Shown here: one piece after another, positions 1-10,868 of the stretch | Numbering within the stretch: position 1 is the first letter of the stretch | Layout of the letters: each line of letters starts with the position of its first letter | Assembly: GCA_965237955.1 (NCBI GenBank) | Contig: OZ250169.1 | Span: forward strand, 6,368,001 to 6,432,000 | DNA: 64,000 bases | Source of the DNA: Candidatus Marinacidobacterales bacterium | GTDB lineage: Bacteria > Acidobacteriota > Vicinamibacteria > Marinacidobacterales > SMYC01 | Direction of reading: 5' to 3' | Program-made: the position numbers and the translations under genes | The notes under the pieces: generated by a model | Databases searched by the model: none | What the model saw: the letters and a program-made list of their open reading frames with translations, nothing else | Told to the model about the DNA's origin: nothing

Positions 1-1284
1 CGTCACCGAGAGCTGACGTTGCTGCAGCTGTGGGTGGAGTACGCGGAGAATAAGCCGGGAGCGTACGGCTACAGCCGTTATTGCGAGCTGTACGGTCAGT
101 GGAAGAAGAAGCTGAACCCGACGATGCGTCAACGGCATCGAGCAGGCGAGAAGACATTCGTCTATTTTTCGGGGAAGAAGCCTCACATCGTCGATCCGAA
201 AACGGGAGAGCTCGTCGAAATGGAGCTGTTCGTCGGGACGTTGGGCGCGAGCAGTTACACCTACGTCGAAGCGACACTGAACCAGTCGCTGGAATCGTGG
301 GCGAAGGCCCATAAGGGGATGTCGGATTACTTCGGTGGCAGTACGGAGATCTGGGTTCCGGACAACTTGAAGAGCGGCGTGGATTTGGTGGACCGTTACG
401 AGCCAGGGATCAACCGGACGTACGAAGAGCTGGCGACGCATTACGGTGCGGTTGTGGTCCCGGCTCGGGTGTTCAAGCCGAAAGACAAAGCGAAGGTGGA
501 GTCGGCAGTGCAGGTGGCGCAGCGCTGGATCCTGGCGGTGCTTCGTCATCGCACGTTCTTCAGCCTGGCGGAACTGAACGAAGCCATCTGGGAGAAGTTA
601 GAGGTCCTGAATGCGCGTCCGATGCAGAAGCTCGGTGTGAGTCGGCGGGAGTTGTACGAAAGGCTAGACCGGCCCGTACTGAAACCGCTACCGCAGGAGA
701 GCTACGAGTTATCGACGTGGAAGCGGTGCAGAGTGAACATCGACTACCACGTGGAGGTGGAGAACAACTTGTACAGCGTTCCCTATCAGCTCATTCACGA
801 GAAAGTCGAGGCACGGGTGACGGCCTCGGTGGTGGAGGTCCTGTTCAAGGGAAAGCGCGTCGCGTCGCATCCCCGCAAGAAAGGAAAGGGGCACTACTCC
901 ACGAACCCGGAGCATATGCCACGTTCGCATCGGGAGCACCTGGAGTGGACGCCGTCGCGGCTGCTCCACTGGGCGGAGCAGTCAGGTCGCGCCACGGGAA
1001 GGCTGGTTGCGGGGATTCTAGAGAGTCGGCCTCACCCGGAGCAGGGATTTCGCTCTTGCCTGGGAGTCATGCGACTAGGCAGCCGCTGGGGCAGTGAGCG
1101 TCTCGAGGCCGCTTGCGCACGAGCGGAAGCTTTGAGCTCTTACAGCTATCGCACGGTGAAAAACATTCTCTCGGCTGGTCTGGATCGTGTGGTGCTCGAA
1201 TCGGACGCCGAAGCGAAACCGCGAGAGGAGCACGAGAACATCCGAGGCGCGGATCACTACGAAGGAGGAGAGTCCCGATGCTGA
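1..1284 (+). CDS. istA: IS21 transposase IstA (5' truncated by window edge)
   Basis: DDE core with DNLKSGV, PKDKAKVE and NLYSVPY motifs. Confidence 0.95.
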   Translation, partial: RHRELTLLQLWVEYAENKPGAYGYSRYCELYGQWKKKLNPTMRQRHRAGEKTFVYFSGKKPHIVDPKTGELVEMELFVGTLGASSYTYVEATLNQSLESWAKAHKGMSDYFGGSTEIWVPDNLKSGVDLVDRYEPGINRTYEELATHYGAVVVPARVFKPKDKAKVESAVQVAQRWILAVLRHRTFFSLAELNEAIWEKLEVLNARPMQKLGVSRRELYERLDRPVLKPLPQESYELSTWKRCRVNIDYHVEVENNLYSVPYQLIHEKVEARVTASVVEVLFKGKRVASHPRKKGKGHYSTNPEHMPRSHREHLEWTPSRLLHWAEQSGRATGRLVAGILESRPHPEQGFRSCLGVMRLGSRWGSERLEAACARAEALSSYSYRTVKNILSAGLDRVVLESDAEAKPREEHENIRGADHYEGGESRC

Positions 1285-2036
1285 CACCCGAAACGATAGA
1301 AAAGATGAACGCCATGAAGTTGTTCGGCTTGGTGTCCGCGTTCGAAACCCAGTTGAGCTCGAGCGAATACAAGGAGCTGAGCTTCGAGGAACGTGTGGGA
1401 CTCCTGGTCGATGCCGAGTGGACCGCCCGCGAACAGCGTAAGCTTTCTCGACGACTGCGAGCGGCAAAGCTCCGCTATCCGGCATGTTTGGAGAACGTGA
1501 ACTTCCAAGCGCCTCGAGGCTTAAACCGCGAACAGATCTTGAGCCTGGGCAACTGCCGCTTTGTCGGTGAGCGCCATAACCTGCTCATCACCGGCCCGAC
1601 GGGGATTGGCAAATCGTTCTTGGCTTGCGCCTTCGTGGAGCGGGCCTGTCGTCGCGGCTTCACCGGATGCTACGTGCGAGCACCGCGCTTGCTCCACGAG
1701 CTCGCGGTCGCTCGTGGTGATGGTTCCTACGCCCGGCTTTTGACGAAACTCGCCAAGCTGGACTTACTGGCTATCGATGATTGGCTGCTTCACCCGCTGA
1801 AAGAATCGGAGAGACGGGATCTAATGGAGGTCATCGAAGACCGCGCCGAGCGTGGCTCCACACTCATCGCGACCCAGATTCCGCTCAAGCAGTGGCACGA
1901 AGCGATTGGCGACCCAAACCAGGCAGACGCTATCTGCGATCGCATTCTCCACAGCGCGCACCGCATCACTCTCAAAGGAGCTTCTCTGAGAAAGACCAAG
2001 GCTGCGCCAAAGGCATTTGACAACGCCGATGCATGA
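1278..2036 (+). CDS. istB: IS21 helper ATPase IstB
   Basis: ATG at 1278 after GGAGGAG; Walker A GPTGIGKS, Walker B LLAIDDW, AICDRILH. Confidence 0.95.
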   Translation: MLTPETIEKMNAMKLFGLVSAFETQLSSSEYKELSFEERVGLLVDAEWTAREQRKLSRRLRAAKLRYPACLENVNFQAPRGLNREQILSLGNCRFVGERHNLLITGPTGIGKSFLACAFVERACRRGFTGCYVRAPRLLHELAVARGDGSYARLLTKLAKLDLLAIDDWLLHPLKESERRDLMEVIEDRAERGSTLIATQIPLKQWHEAIGDPNQADAICDRILHSAHRITLKGASLRKTKAAPKAFDNADA

Positions 2037-2448
2037 GCGAGCGAGGGACCACAGCGTCGATGCGATAAAAACGGGTGAAACCGCCAAACCCGGGGCCAGA
2101 CGATGCGGCGCCAAAACGACGCGCGAGAATGCCTCAGGAAGCGTCTTCTCGAGCCAGGCCATACCCCAGCAACCCCCCGAAACCAGCCCCACATCGCCCG
2201 GGGTTCGGCCGCGGCAGGTCGCTGCCTACGGGAGCGGGAAGGTCGCTTCGCGTCTTTCCTTACGCCCGCTCCCTCCGGCACCGACCTGCCGCCCCTTGCT
2301 ACACAACACGCAGGTAAGATAGGTTCACGTTTTCAATCAGTGGGAAGGAGGTCACCCAACACTTCATCGCTTCGATGAGCGTTCGGCTTCACCGGATTCG
2401 CTGTTCAGCTTGCTCTGGATTCGGCGTTCACGATGGCTGGAATACGCA

Positions 2449-4382
2449 CTTAGGGCCGGCGACAAAATAAGTTCCCGTTTTCAAGACGGTCGGATGGTGT
2501 AGTTCCATTTGGGTAGAGTCTGGTCCTTTGTAACGGAAAGCGCCTGCATCCGCTCGTCAGTGATTTTGACGCCCTTCGGATAACGACGCCGGATAAGGTG
2601 TGCGCGTACTCGCAAACCGGAAGAGGTGGTGGTCGTGCGGATGTATTTGAGGATGGTTTCGTAGCTGTCGAGAGGCCTGCCCGCCCAGTTCTTGCTGATC
2701 TCGCTGAACAGACGGTGCTCCACTGGATTCCACTTGGATGTACCGGACGGATAGTGGGCTATGGTGATAGCGATGTCGTGGCGATTGCAAATCCGCGTTT
2801 GAAGCCCGTGCTTCCAACCCCGACACCGATAGCCATTGCTGCCCCCGGCGTCTGCCAATATCGCGAGGTCACGGGCTGCAGGATAGCGTCGCCGTCCTTC
2901 CGTTCGCCACCACTTCTCGATGGCATTCACGGCGAAGTCCGGGGTGTTGTACGAGGTACCAATGAACACTGTCCCGCGGTTCGCGAGCAGATCGTAGACG
3001 CCGTAGGGGATTGCGATGCCGTTCGATTCGGAACGGAAGTCATGGTCTTTGACGAGAGTCGGCTCGCGGTTCCAGGCCTGCCCGCCGTTTTTGAATAATC
3101 CCACCAGCTCCCGTTTCTTCGTGTCTACGCTGATGATGGGATGACCAGCTGCGGCAAAACGCTCGCGCAGTTCGGCGATACACGCGAATTGGGTATCGCG
3201 ATCTTCGGACGTGGCACCGCACAGCTTCTTGTGGTTCACCCGCAACGAGAAGCCGAGCTGTTTGAGCAGTCGACCGACGGTTTTGCTGCTGACGTTCACA
3301 CCGAGGCTTCTTAGCTCGCAAGCAATCTTGTCGGTGGTCCGCCGCGTCCATTTCACTCCCGTCATCGGATCGCCCGCGGTGTCGTGCTTCATGAGTTCTT
3401 CGATCTTGGCGATGACTTCTGGCGTTTTTTTTGCACGGCGCGCCGTCCGCCACCCTTTCGCCGAACTCCGTCGAGCTCAACATCTCTCATTAGCAATTCC
3501 CTACGACCTCTGGCTACCGTGCTCGGATCCATCCCGAGCAGTTCGGCAATCTGTTGGTCGCCACCGTGACCGAGCTTCATGGCCTCGACTCCCGCGTAGA
3601 GACGGCGCTGCTTTTCATCGAGCAGGCTGTAGAAAAGAACGATCGCAGCCTTCAACTCCACGGGGAGCACGCGGACTCCCCCGACCCAGCCCAACGTGGA
3701 AGGTGACGCCTCATGTACCTGGCGGGCCGAGAGCTGTTGCTTGCGCGTGCTCACATCGGTGGCCAGATACAGATATCGGCCGAACACCTGCTCGCGCGCC
3801 AATCTTTTCTCTCGGACTAGTTTCAACAGAGGAGCCTTGACGTCAACCTGCACCTCGTCCTCGAGCTCGTCGACGTAGTAGCCTGCCTCACAGGCCGCGA
3901 CCAACGCTTTTACCGTCGCAAGCAACGTCCCGTACTTCGAGAACCACACTGAGCGCAACGACCAAAGACCTTTTCGATCGAACTGGGCGATCTCGTCCAA
4001 CGTGTAGTAGCTACCACGGTGGGAGTAGCTTGTCCGATACGCCAACTCATTGAGCTTTCGGAAGACGGTCGAGTCCACATCGGTACCCAACACTGCCTTC
4101 AAATCATCGAGGGTAGCTATTTTGTGCTTCCTCAACAGGCGGTCGAGATCTTCAGACTGATAGCTCGTAGGTCTCATAATAGGAGAAGTGCTCCTTGGTA
4201 GGCGTAATCCTCCCTAAAATGAGGACCGTTTGTCAAACACGCGCTGGTTGCTGAAGATCTACAAATGTTCCGTTTCTAGGGAGCTTGCCAGGCTCTCGTG
4301 ATGCCAGACGACATCGCGATCACGACCTGAAACAGGAAGAGTGTGCTCAAAACTAGACAGTTATTTTGTCGGCGGCCCTTAG
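2449..4382 (-). mobile_element. ISAzo13-family element
   Basis: Imperfect 22 bp terminal IRs CTTAGGGCCGGCGACAAAATAA / TTATTTTGTCGGCGGCCCTTAG around the transposase. Confidence 0.85.
2481..4177 (-). CDS. ISAzo13 transposase in two ORFs (4177-3389 and 3392-2481), probable -1 frameshift
   Basis: Motifs GDPM, ISVDTKKRELVG, DAGGSNG, SKWNPVEHRLFS; A8 run at 3425-3432 at the frame change. Confidence 0.88.
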
Positions 4383-4470
4383 ATAGAGAGAAATTGATTG
4401 AACCTTTAAGGAGGTAAGTATGAAGAGTAAGGCGTATGTTGAAATCACTCTTAAAGTATCAGATAAAAAT

Positions 4471-6189
4471 GCCTCTCCTGCCATTTCAGTGGATCCTCTC
4501 GAGGGTGAGACCGCCACAGTTTAGGTAGACGAGACTGATGAGAGCTTCGGCAGAGTGGAGTCCAAAGCTGCGGTGGCTCAGCAGCCTGATTTTGTTGTTC
4601 ATTCCTTCGAGTCGGCCGTTGCTGAGTCTCCACGTGACCCACGCGATGACGCCATCGAAGTGGCTGCGGATCATCTTCGCCGCGCGTTTGACGGGCTCTA
4701 TCCTCGAGCTCATAGCGCGCCGCAGCCATCCTCGGAGAAACTTCTTGGCCCATGTCTCGGTTTTGTAGGTGTAGAGGTCCATGAAGTCGTCGCGCAGAAG
4801 CATGGCGCGGTAGAGGCGACGATTAGCTCGCACCTGCTCGCGGAGCACCCGTTTGTCTTTCGCGCTGCGGTTGTGTTTGGCCTTGAGAAGGGGAAACTTG
4901 GTGTTCTTGAGGTTGCGCCGGGCAGTCCCTTTGAGCTCGCGCACCAGCTCGCGCCGGGTCTTATCCACGGCCTCGTTCAGATGCTTGACGATGTGGAAGC
5001 GGTCAAAGATCACCCGTGCCTGAGGAGCCTTTTTGCCGACGACAGTTATGTACGGCTCCCACATGTCCATGCTGACCGCTTCGAGCTCCGCGGCTCTTTG
5101 TGGTCCGAGCTTGCGGAAAAACCGCAGCAGCGTCTTGGCCTTGCGCTCCTTTCCCGCCCAGACGACCCGGCCGCTGAGATGGTCTATTACCACTGTTAAG
5201 TACTTGTGGCGTTTGCGGTAGCTGATCTCGTCCATCCCAATCACCCGCAATCCATCGAGCTCGCGCCGCTCATCCCGCTGCTCGGCAACCACTCGCTGGA
5301 TGATCCGTCGCACCGAACGCCACGTCACTCGGAAATAGTTCGCTACGGCGCTGACGTCCGTCCTCTGTGCCAGCCACGCTACCTCTTGTTCGAAGCTTTT
5401 GGTAAAGCGGCTTCCCTTGTCGGCCCAAGGCACCTTTTCTCTGACCACTCCACACCGCCGACATACCACTCGTCGGATCGAGTAGCGAAGATAGGTCCGG
5501 ACTCCGAACAGGTCCAAGTGCCGCCAGTAGCGATTGTAGCGATCTTTGTTCTTGCGGACCTTTCGTCCGCAAATCCCGTACAGAGGCTTCCTCCTCCGTG
5601 GTACTACATCCACCACCACTCTGGCTTTGTCCGCCTGGAAGTGGAAACCTCGGACCCACAGGCCTTGCAATCCGATGAGCTTGTTGACTAACGTAGTAAC
5701 GCGCATCGCGGGAACGCTCTTTTCTCTTTCGGAAAAAAAGATTCTGGCGTTCTCGCCGATGCGCATCTACACATGGCTTACCCTCTCAACCCACGGGCCT
5801 CACCAAATGCCACTGCCCCTCAGCGGGAGACGAGGCTGTGGGAAACGCCCCCACGGTTCTGGTCGTTCAGACCTTGCTCACGACTGAGTTCTCTTCGAAG
5901 CCTGGAAGGGCGTTTTCCATAGCCTCCACTAATCGAGCCCCCCCTTCCTTATTCCATATGAATTAATCTTTCTTGTATATATATCAGGAGGGGCCTGTGG
6001 GCGCTCGTGGGAAACGCGAAGCGTTTTCCAAGCGATTGTGGAAAACGCCGCTCCACGTTTGTACGTGCTCACAACCTTTCCCTAAACGCCTCTCTCGCCC
6101 GGAGTTTCCGGCGTTTTCCACAATCGCGGCAGCGTCCATAGGCCATGCCCTCCAACACAAATCAGATCCCCCGAAACGGCAGGAGAACC
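4471..6189 (-). mobile_element. ISL3-family element, copy 1 (1719 bp)
   Basis: IRs GCCTCTCCTGCCATTTC / GAAACGGCAGGAGAACC; 8 bp TSD ATAAAAAT at 4463-4470 and 6190-6197. Confidence 0.95.
4486..5766 (-). CDS. ISL3 transposase (start may be 5706)
   Basis: Zn-finger region, IGMDE, SMDMW, DRFHIVK, SNGRLEGMNNKI. Confidence 0.95.
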   Translation of the reverse strand: MRIGENARIFFSEREKSVPAMRVTTLVNKLIGLQGLWVRGFHFQADKARVVVDVVPRRRKPLYGICGRKVRKNKDRYNRYWRHLDLFGVRTYLRYSIRRVVCRRCGVVREKVPWADKGSRFTKSFEQEVAWLAQRTDVSAVANYFRVTWRSVRRIIQRVVAEQRDERRELDGLRVIGMDEISYRKRHKYLTVVIDHLSGRVVWAGKERKAKTLLRFFRKLGPQRAAELEAVSMDMWEPYITVVGKKAPQARVIFDRFHIVKHLNEAVDKTRRELVRELKGTARRNLKNTKFPLLKAKHNRSAKDKRVLREQVRANRRLYRAMLLRDDFMDLYTYKTETWAKKFLRGWLRRAMSSRIEPVKRAAKMIRSHFDGVIAWVTWRLSNGRLEGMNNKIRLLSHRSFGLHSAEALISLVYLNCGGLTLERIH

Positions 6190-6451
6190 ATAAAAATAGA
6201 GGCGACGCCGCTGGTGTTTACGAGAAGTATAAAGATCCATTTTTAGAGAAAATCTCAGGGGCGGAGTCTAAGGAGCTTCTTATCAGAGGCGAAGATGTTC
6301 AGGTGCTTAACGGTTTTTCCAGTAAGGCAAAAGCGGAGGCGTATCTTAAATCTGATTTCTTTGAAAAAGATATTGTTAGAGAGCTTACTCCTCTTCTTGA
6401 GGCTCCACCAGAAATTAGAGTTTACGAAGCAATGTAGCACCGGAGGATGAC

Positions 6452-7111
6452 ATGGAATACCCTTACAATTTGGATTACGCTAAGAAACTAGTCATTAACG
6501 CCAATGAAAAAGAAGGGGTTCCATAGAGTTTACCTGCTGTGGATAGGTGTATGCTGGAACGGGAAAGTGCAGAAGCAGGGATTACAACAAGTGTCGTTAC
6601 CTATGCACCTAATTCCCATTTCTCCGCTCACACACACCCCAAGGGCGAAGAGATCTTCGTCCTTGAGGGTGTTTTCTCAGATGAGAATGGTGACTATGAA
6701 GCGGGTACTTATATTCGAAATCCTGCTGGAAGCAGCCATTCCCGTTTTAGTAAAGAAGGCTGTAAACTATTTGTAAAACTGAACCAGTTCTTGCCTGCTG
6801 ATGATCAACCAATTACTGTCAATGCTAATAAGCAAGAATGGCACCCTGGTCACGGTGAGCTTAAGGTGATGTTGCTTTCAAGTTTTGGAACAACAGGTAC
6901 AGCACTAGTCAAATGGCCTCCTGGAGCACGCTTCACACCCCAAAGTCATTTTGGAGGGGAAGAGATTTTTGTTCTAACAGGAACTTTTATTGATGAGCAT
7001 GGAAGATACCCTGCTGGAACTTGGATAAGAAGTCCTCACTTGTCGAGTCACAATCCTTACGTTGATGAGGGGTGCATTATTTTTGTGAAAACGGGTCATC
7101 TTTTGGACTGA
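6452..7111 (+). pseudogene. ChrR-like double cupin protein with in-frame TAG at 6524-6526
   Basis: GGAGGA RBS and ATG at 6452; two cupin repeats HTHPKGEEIFVLEG / HFGGEEIFVLTG. Confidence 0.8.
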
Positions 7112-7980
7112 CGTGGAGGTTTATAACTGGGAACAGCGACCGATAACTCCCTCTTCTGTCAAATAGGAGATGTCCCACTCGTTGTTGAATTTGAGGTAGC
7201 GGCGGCTCCTTGGCCGGCCTGAGAATAGGTCTGCCAATAAACCGTCTTCAGAGAGGCGCAAGGAGCCGCTAATGCATGGCTTTGGTGCATGAATAGCTCT
7301 TGACTTCGGCAACCGCTTCGACTCAGCTTCTCGATACATCGAATATCGAGGAGATGAACCCATGGCCGCGCGCAAGTCCACCAGAGTGAACCGCAAATAC
7401 AAGACGAAGTATCGCGTGACCAACTGGCCGGAGTATGAGCGTGGTCTCAAGAGCCGTGGCGACATCACGGTCTGGTTCAGCCAAGAGGCGCGCGAAGCCT
7501 GGACGCCACCGCGGAACGGCCGTCGCGGTGGCCAGCCGCGCTACTCGAATCTGGCAATCGTGACGGCTAAGACGTTGCGCATGGTCTTTCACCTTCCGCT
7601 CCGACAGACCGAGGGATTCCTCGACTCGTTGTTGCGGTTGATGGAGCTCGACCTGAAAGCACCGGACCACACCACGCTGTCGCGGCGGAACAAAGACGTC
7701 GACGTGCCTCGTCCACCTTGTCCCACCAGAGCGCACGCTGGCGCGCTCCATCTGATTGTCGACTCGAAAGGACTCAAAATCTTGGGTGCCGGTGAGTGGC
7801 ACGCCCATAGGCACAGGAGCTCGAAGGTTCGACAATGGCGGAAGCTGCACGTCGGGGTGGATGACGATGGCTTCATCGTGGCGGCGAAGCTCACGAAGAG
7901 CAGCGAGGACGATCCGTCCACTGTCCCCCTGTCTGCTCGAACAGGTCGATGATCTTGCTCCGGTTTCGTGGACATGTTTG

Positions 7981-8856
7981 CTAAGCAACTCGCTTCTCTT
8001 TCAGGAGTGTGCGTTCGAATTCGATCGGGCTGATGTTGCCGAGAGTCGAGTGGCGCCGCGTCGGGTTGTAGAAGTTGGCGATGTAGTCGACGGTGGCCCA
8101 GCGCGCTTGAGCGCGAGTAGGAAGAACCAGTCGATAGAGAGCCTCGGTCTTTAGCGTGCCGAAGAAGCTCTCGACAACGGCGTTATCCCAGCAGTCACCT
8201 TTGCCGCTCATGCTGCACTCGATTCCGTGGCGTCGCAAGAACTCTCGATACTCTCGGCTCGCGTACTGCACACCACGATCCGAATGGTGAATCATTCCGC
8301 GCGGCGGTCTTCGATAACGCACGGCCATTTGAAGCGCGGAGATAGCGAGGTCTGTCCGAAGGTGACTCGCCGTCGCCCAACCGATCACACGTCTCGAGAA
8401 TAGGTCGATGACCACGGCCAAGTACAACCAGCCTTCCCACGTGCGGATGTAGGTAATGTCCGCGGCCCAGGTTTCGTTGGGTGTCTTGGGAAAGAACTGC
8501 CGCTGCACGAGATTGGGAGCCACGGGTCGCAAATGCGAAGAATCCGTCGTCTTCCGAAAACGTTTCGGGAGACGTGCGCACAGCCCGCTTTCTCTCATCA
8601 AACGAGCCACGCGCCGACGTCCAACGGACTCGCCATCTGCTCGGAGCTCGTCGACCATGCGAGGGCTCCCGTACACCTCACGGTTTGCCCGGAAGGACGA
8701 TACGACTTTCGCAGACAAGCGTCGGTCTTCGAGCGCGCGACGACTCGGTTTCCGCTTCAGCCACGCGTAGAAACCGCTTCGCGATACTTCGAGTTGACGG
8801 CACATCCACGAGACATTGAACTCGAGGCGTTGAGCAACGATCGCCGCAAACTTCAT
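7981..8856 (-). CDS. IS3 transposase OrfB
   Basis: WAADITY, HHSDRGVQY, WDNAVVESFF. Confidence 0.95.
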   Translation of the reverse strand: MKFAAIVAQRLEFNVSWMCRQLEVSRSGFYAWLKRKPSRRALEDRRLSAKVVSSFRANREVYGSPRMVDELRADGESVGRRRVARLMRESGLCARLPKRFRKTTDSSHLRPVAPNLVQRQFFPKTPNETWAADITYIRTWEGWLYLAVVIDLFSRRVIGWATASHLRTDLAISALQMAVRYRRPPRGMIHHSDRGVQYASREYREFLRRHGIECSMSGKGDCWDNAVVESFFGTLKTEALYRLVLPTRAQARWATVDYIANFYNPTRRHSTLGNISPIEFERTLLKEKRVA

Positions 8857-9164
8857 TTCTTCACGCTCGCGAAGTACGCCGCCGTTTTTTTTAGGAAATC
8901 TCGCTCCATCCGAAGATCGCGCACTTCTTTTCGTAGGCTTCGCAGCTCTTCAAGTTCTTCGCTTGTCAGCGTGCCAGGCCCGCCCTCACCACGGTCGATT
9001 CTGTCCTGTCTCACCCAAGCATACAGAGACGTCTCCGTCACATCGATATCCCGCGCTAGCTCGCTCACCGGCTTACCCGTCTCGCGCACCAGGCGAACCG
9101 CCTCGGCTCTGAACTCCTTCGTGAATTGACGACGCTTCTTTTTCTCTGCCATTTGAACACCCAT
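8853..9164 (-). CDS. IS3 transposase OrfA
   Basis: HTH RRQFTKEFRAEAVRL; A8 slippery run at 8885-8892 (FLKKTAAYF). Confidence 0.93.
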   Translation of the reverse strand: MGVQMAEKKKRRQFTKEFRAEAVRLVRETGKPVSELARDIDVTETSLYAWVRQDRIDRGEGGPGTLTSEELEELRSLRKEVRDLRMERDFLKKTAAYFASVKK

Positions 9165-9730
9165 ATATATCTCCGTTCGTTAGGTGTCCACTGAAGCGAA
9201 GCAAGTCCATGACTCTCCGATCCGACGTTTCACAGCCGATGGGGCCTACGACACGCGGTCGGTGTATGAGCTGCTCGGTGAGGTCGGCACCGCGAACATC
9301 AAGATCGTGATCCCACCTCGACGAGGGGCGGTGCCTTTGGATAGCGCCGAGGGCACGTGGGGGCGGCGGAACGCAACCCTCGAGACGATTCGCAATGTCG
9401 GACGCCAAGGCTGGCAGCGGGAGTCACGGTATCGTCGACAGGGCGGACAGGGCGCCGTCGAGAATCTTTTCTTCGGGTACACGCGCACGCTCGGAAACAG
9501 CCTTCGCGCGCGCGGCTACGAATCGCAGAAGCGGGAGGCAAGGATCGGGTGCAACGTATTGAACCGGATGGCTAAGCTGGGCAAGACTGAGTGCCACGCG
9601 ATCGTTGGGGAGTAAGTTGAGCCGCCAAAAGGTCCCGTGTCCGCCCCGAACGGATTCATGCACCAACGCCATGCGGGATCCGATTAGCTTGCAGCCCGTC
9701 GGCCGACGCCGATTATTCCGAATGTGAACT

Positions 9731-10726
9731 TCAGCTAATACGAATCCGCGTTCCCATGCCTCGCTCTTCGGCAAGCTGTACGGCCAGGTGTCCGGACACG
9801 AGATCCTGGAAGGCCAGACCTGTTGCGTCGAATAGCGTGATCTCCTCGGCGTTTCTGCGGCCCGGCTTCCGGCCGGCTAGGATCTCTCCCAGCGTTGCCG
9901 GGATGTCCTCGGGGCGCAAGAGGCCCAGGGATACGGGATGTTGTGTTTCCCCGATAGTAGTGGCCTGGACCACGTCGTCAACCACCAGCGTCGCCCGCTG
10001 AAACAGACGGGCTTCGATCTCTACTTTTCCACGAGTGTCCGTTCCAAAGGCGCTCACGTGCATCCCAGGCTCGATCCAATCGTCAAAAAGAACGGGCTGT
10101 TTTCCCGGTGTCGCCGTCACCACCACGTCCGCGCCCTGGACAGCTTCCTGGGGACTCCGTGAAATTCGCACCTCCACTCTCTGTGTTCGAAGAGTTTTGG
10201 CGAATCGCTCGGAGTTCGCCGGCACGACGTCAAAGGCGCGGATTTCTCTAATGGGACGGACATAACACAGGGCTTCGGCCTGCCCCGTCCCCTGTGTGCC
10301 GCACCCCAGAATCGCCGCGACCTGTGCATCTTCCCGTGCCAAGTGCCGAGCAGCCAGTGCTCCAACCGCAGCAGTGCGAACTGTAGTGATATGGTTGCCG
10401 TCCATAAAGGCGGTCGGCAAACCGGAACGTGGGTCGAACATCACCGTTGTTGACTGGTGTGCGGTGCGTCCCTGGTTCGGGTTGTCAAGCCAGTAGCCAC
10501 CAGCCTTCAAGCCGATAACTTGTTCATCCATCAGATACCCGGACTTGATTCCAAAAATCCCGCGGTGTTCCTCGACGGATTCGCGCACCACCGGGTAGGC
10601 CACCGTCCGGCGATTTGCGAAGGCCACGAATGCTCTCTCGATGGCTGGGACGACGGTTTCCAGCGTGAGGAGGACTTTCAACTCGGCCCGGTTCAAGACG
10701 AGTATTTCTACACCTGGATTTTCCAT
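9731..10726 (-). CDS. Ornithine cyclodeaminase / mu-crystallin family protein
   Basis: ITTVRTAAVGA, GCGTQG Rossmann motif, FDATGLAFQD. Confidence 0.92.
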   Translation of the reverse strand: MENPGVEILVLNRAELKVLLTLETVVPAIERAFVAFANRRTVAYPVVRESVEEHRGIFGIKSGYLMDEQVIGLKAGGYWLDNPNQGRTAHQSTTVMFDPRSGLPTAFMDGNHITTVRTAAVGALAARHLAREDAQVAAILGCGTQGTGQAEALCYVRPIREIRAFDVVPANSERFAKTLRTQRVEVRISRSPQEAVQGADVVVTATPGKQPVLFDDWIEPGMHVSAFGTDTRGKVEIEARLFQRATLVVDDVVQATTIGETQHPVSLGLLRPEDIPATLGEILAGRKPGRRNAEEITLFDATGLAFQDLVSGHLAVQLAEERGMGTRIRIS

Positions 10727-10868
10727 GGAAATATTATATATCGACCAGAAGATGATCCTCGATCAGGTGAAGGCTCGCCTCGACCACTCTGATGACAGGG
10801 AGCTCGAGCGCATCGCCCAGGGACTCCCGGGCCTGATCACGGCGGTGGAGGAGGAACTGTACCAGGTT

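Larger units (their letters stand above)
1..2448 (+). mobile_element. IS21-family element (left part outside window)
   Basis: istA-istB pair; right end has three ~23 bp repeats (GTTC...GGATTCG) and ends ...GGAATACGCA at 2448. Confidence 0.9.
4420..6437 (+). pseudogene. Small conserved hypothetical protein (~96 aa) split by ISL3
   Basis: AAGGAGGT RBS and ATG at 4420; removing ISL3 plus one ATAAAAAT restores MKSKAYVEITLKVSDKN-RGDAAGVYEKYKDPFL...IRVYEAM. Confidence 0.85.
7950..9209 (-). mobile_element. IS3-family element nested in IS5
   Basis: TG...CA ends with IRs TGATCTTGCTCCGGTTTCGTGGACA / TGTCCACTGAAGCGAAGCAAGTCCA. Confidence 0.9.
7278..9670 (+). mobile_element. IS5-family (IS903-like) element type A, interrupted by IS3
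   Basis: IRs GGCTTTGGTGCATGAA / TTCATGCACCAACGCC; transposase halves 7362-7949 and 9210-9615 align with the intact copy at 31719-32693. Confidence 0.9.

Noticed and set aside
6524-6526. TAG recoding or pyrrolysine in the cupin gene
   Set aside because: Single case; TAG is used as a normal stop elsewhere (6437, 24335). A nonsense mutation or error is simpler.
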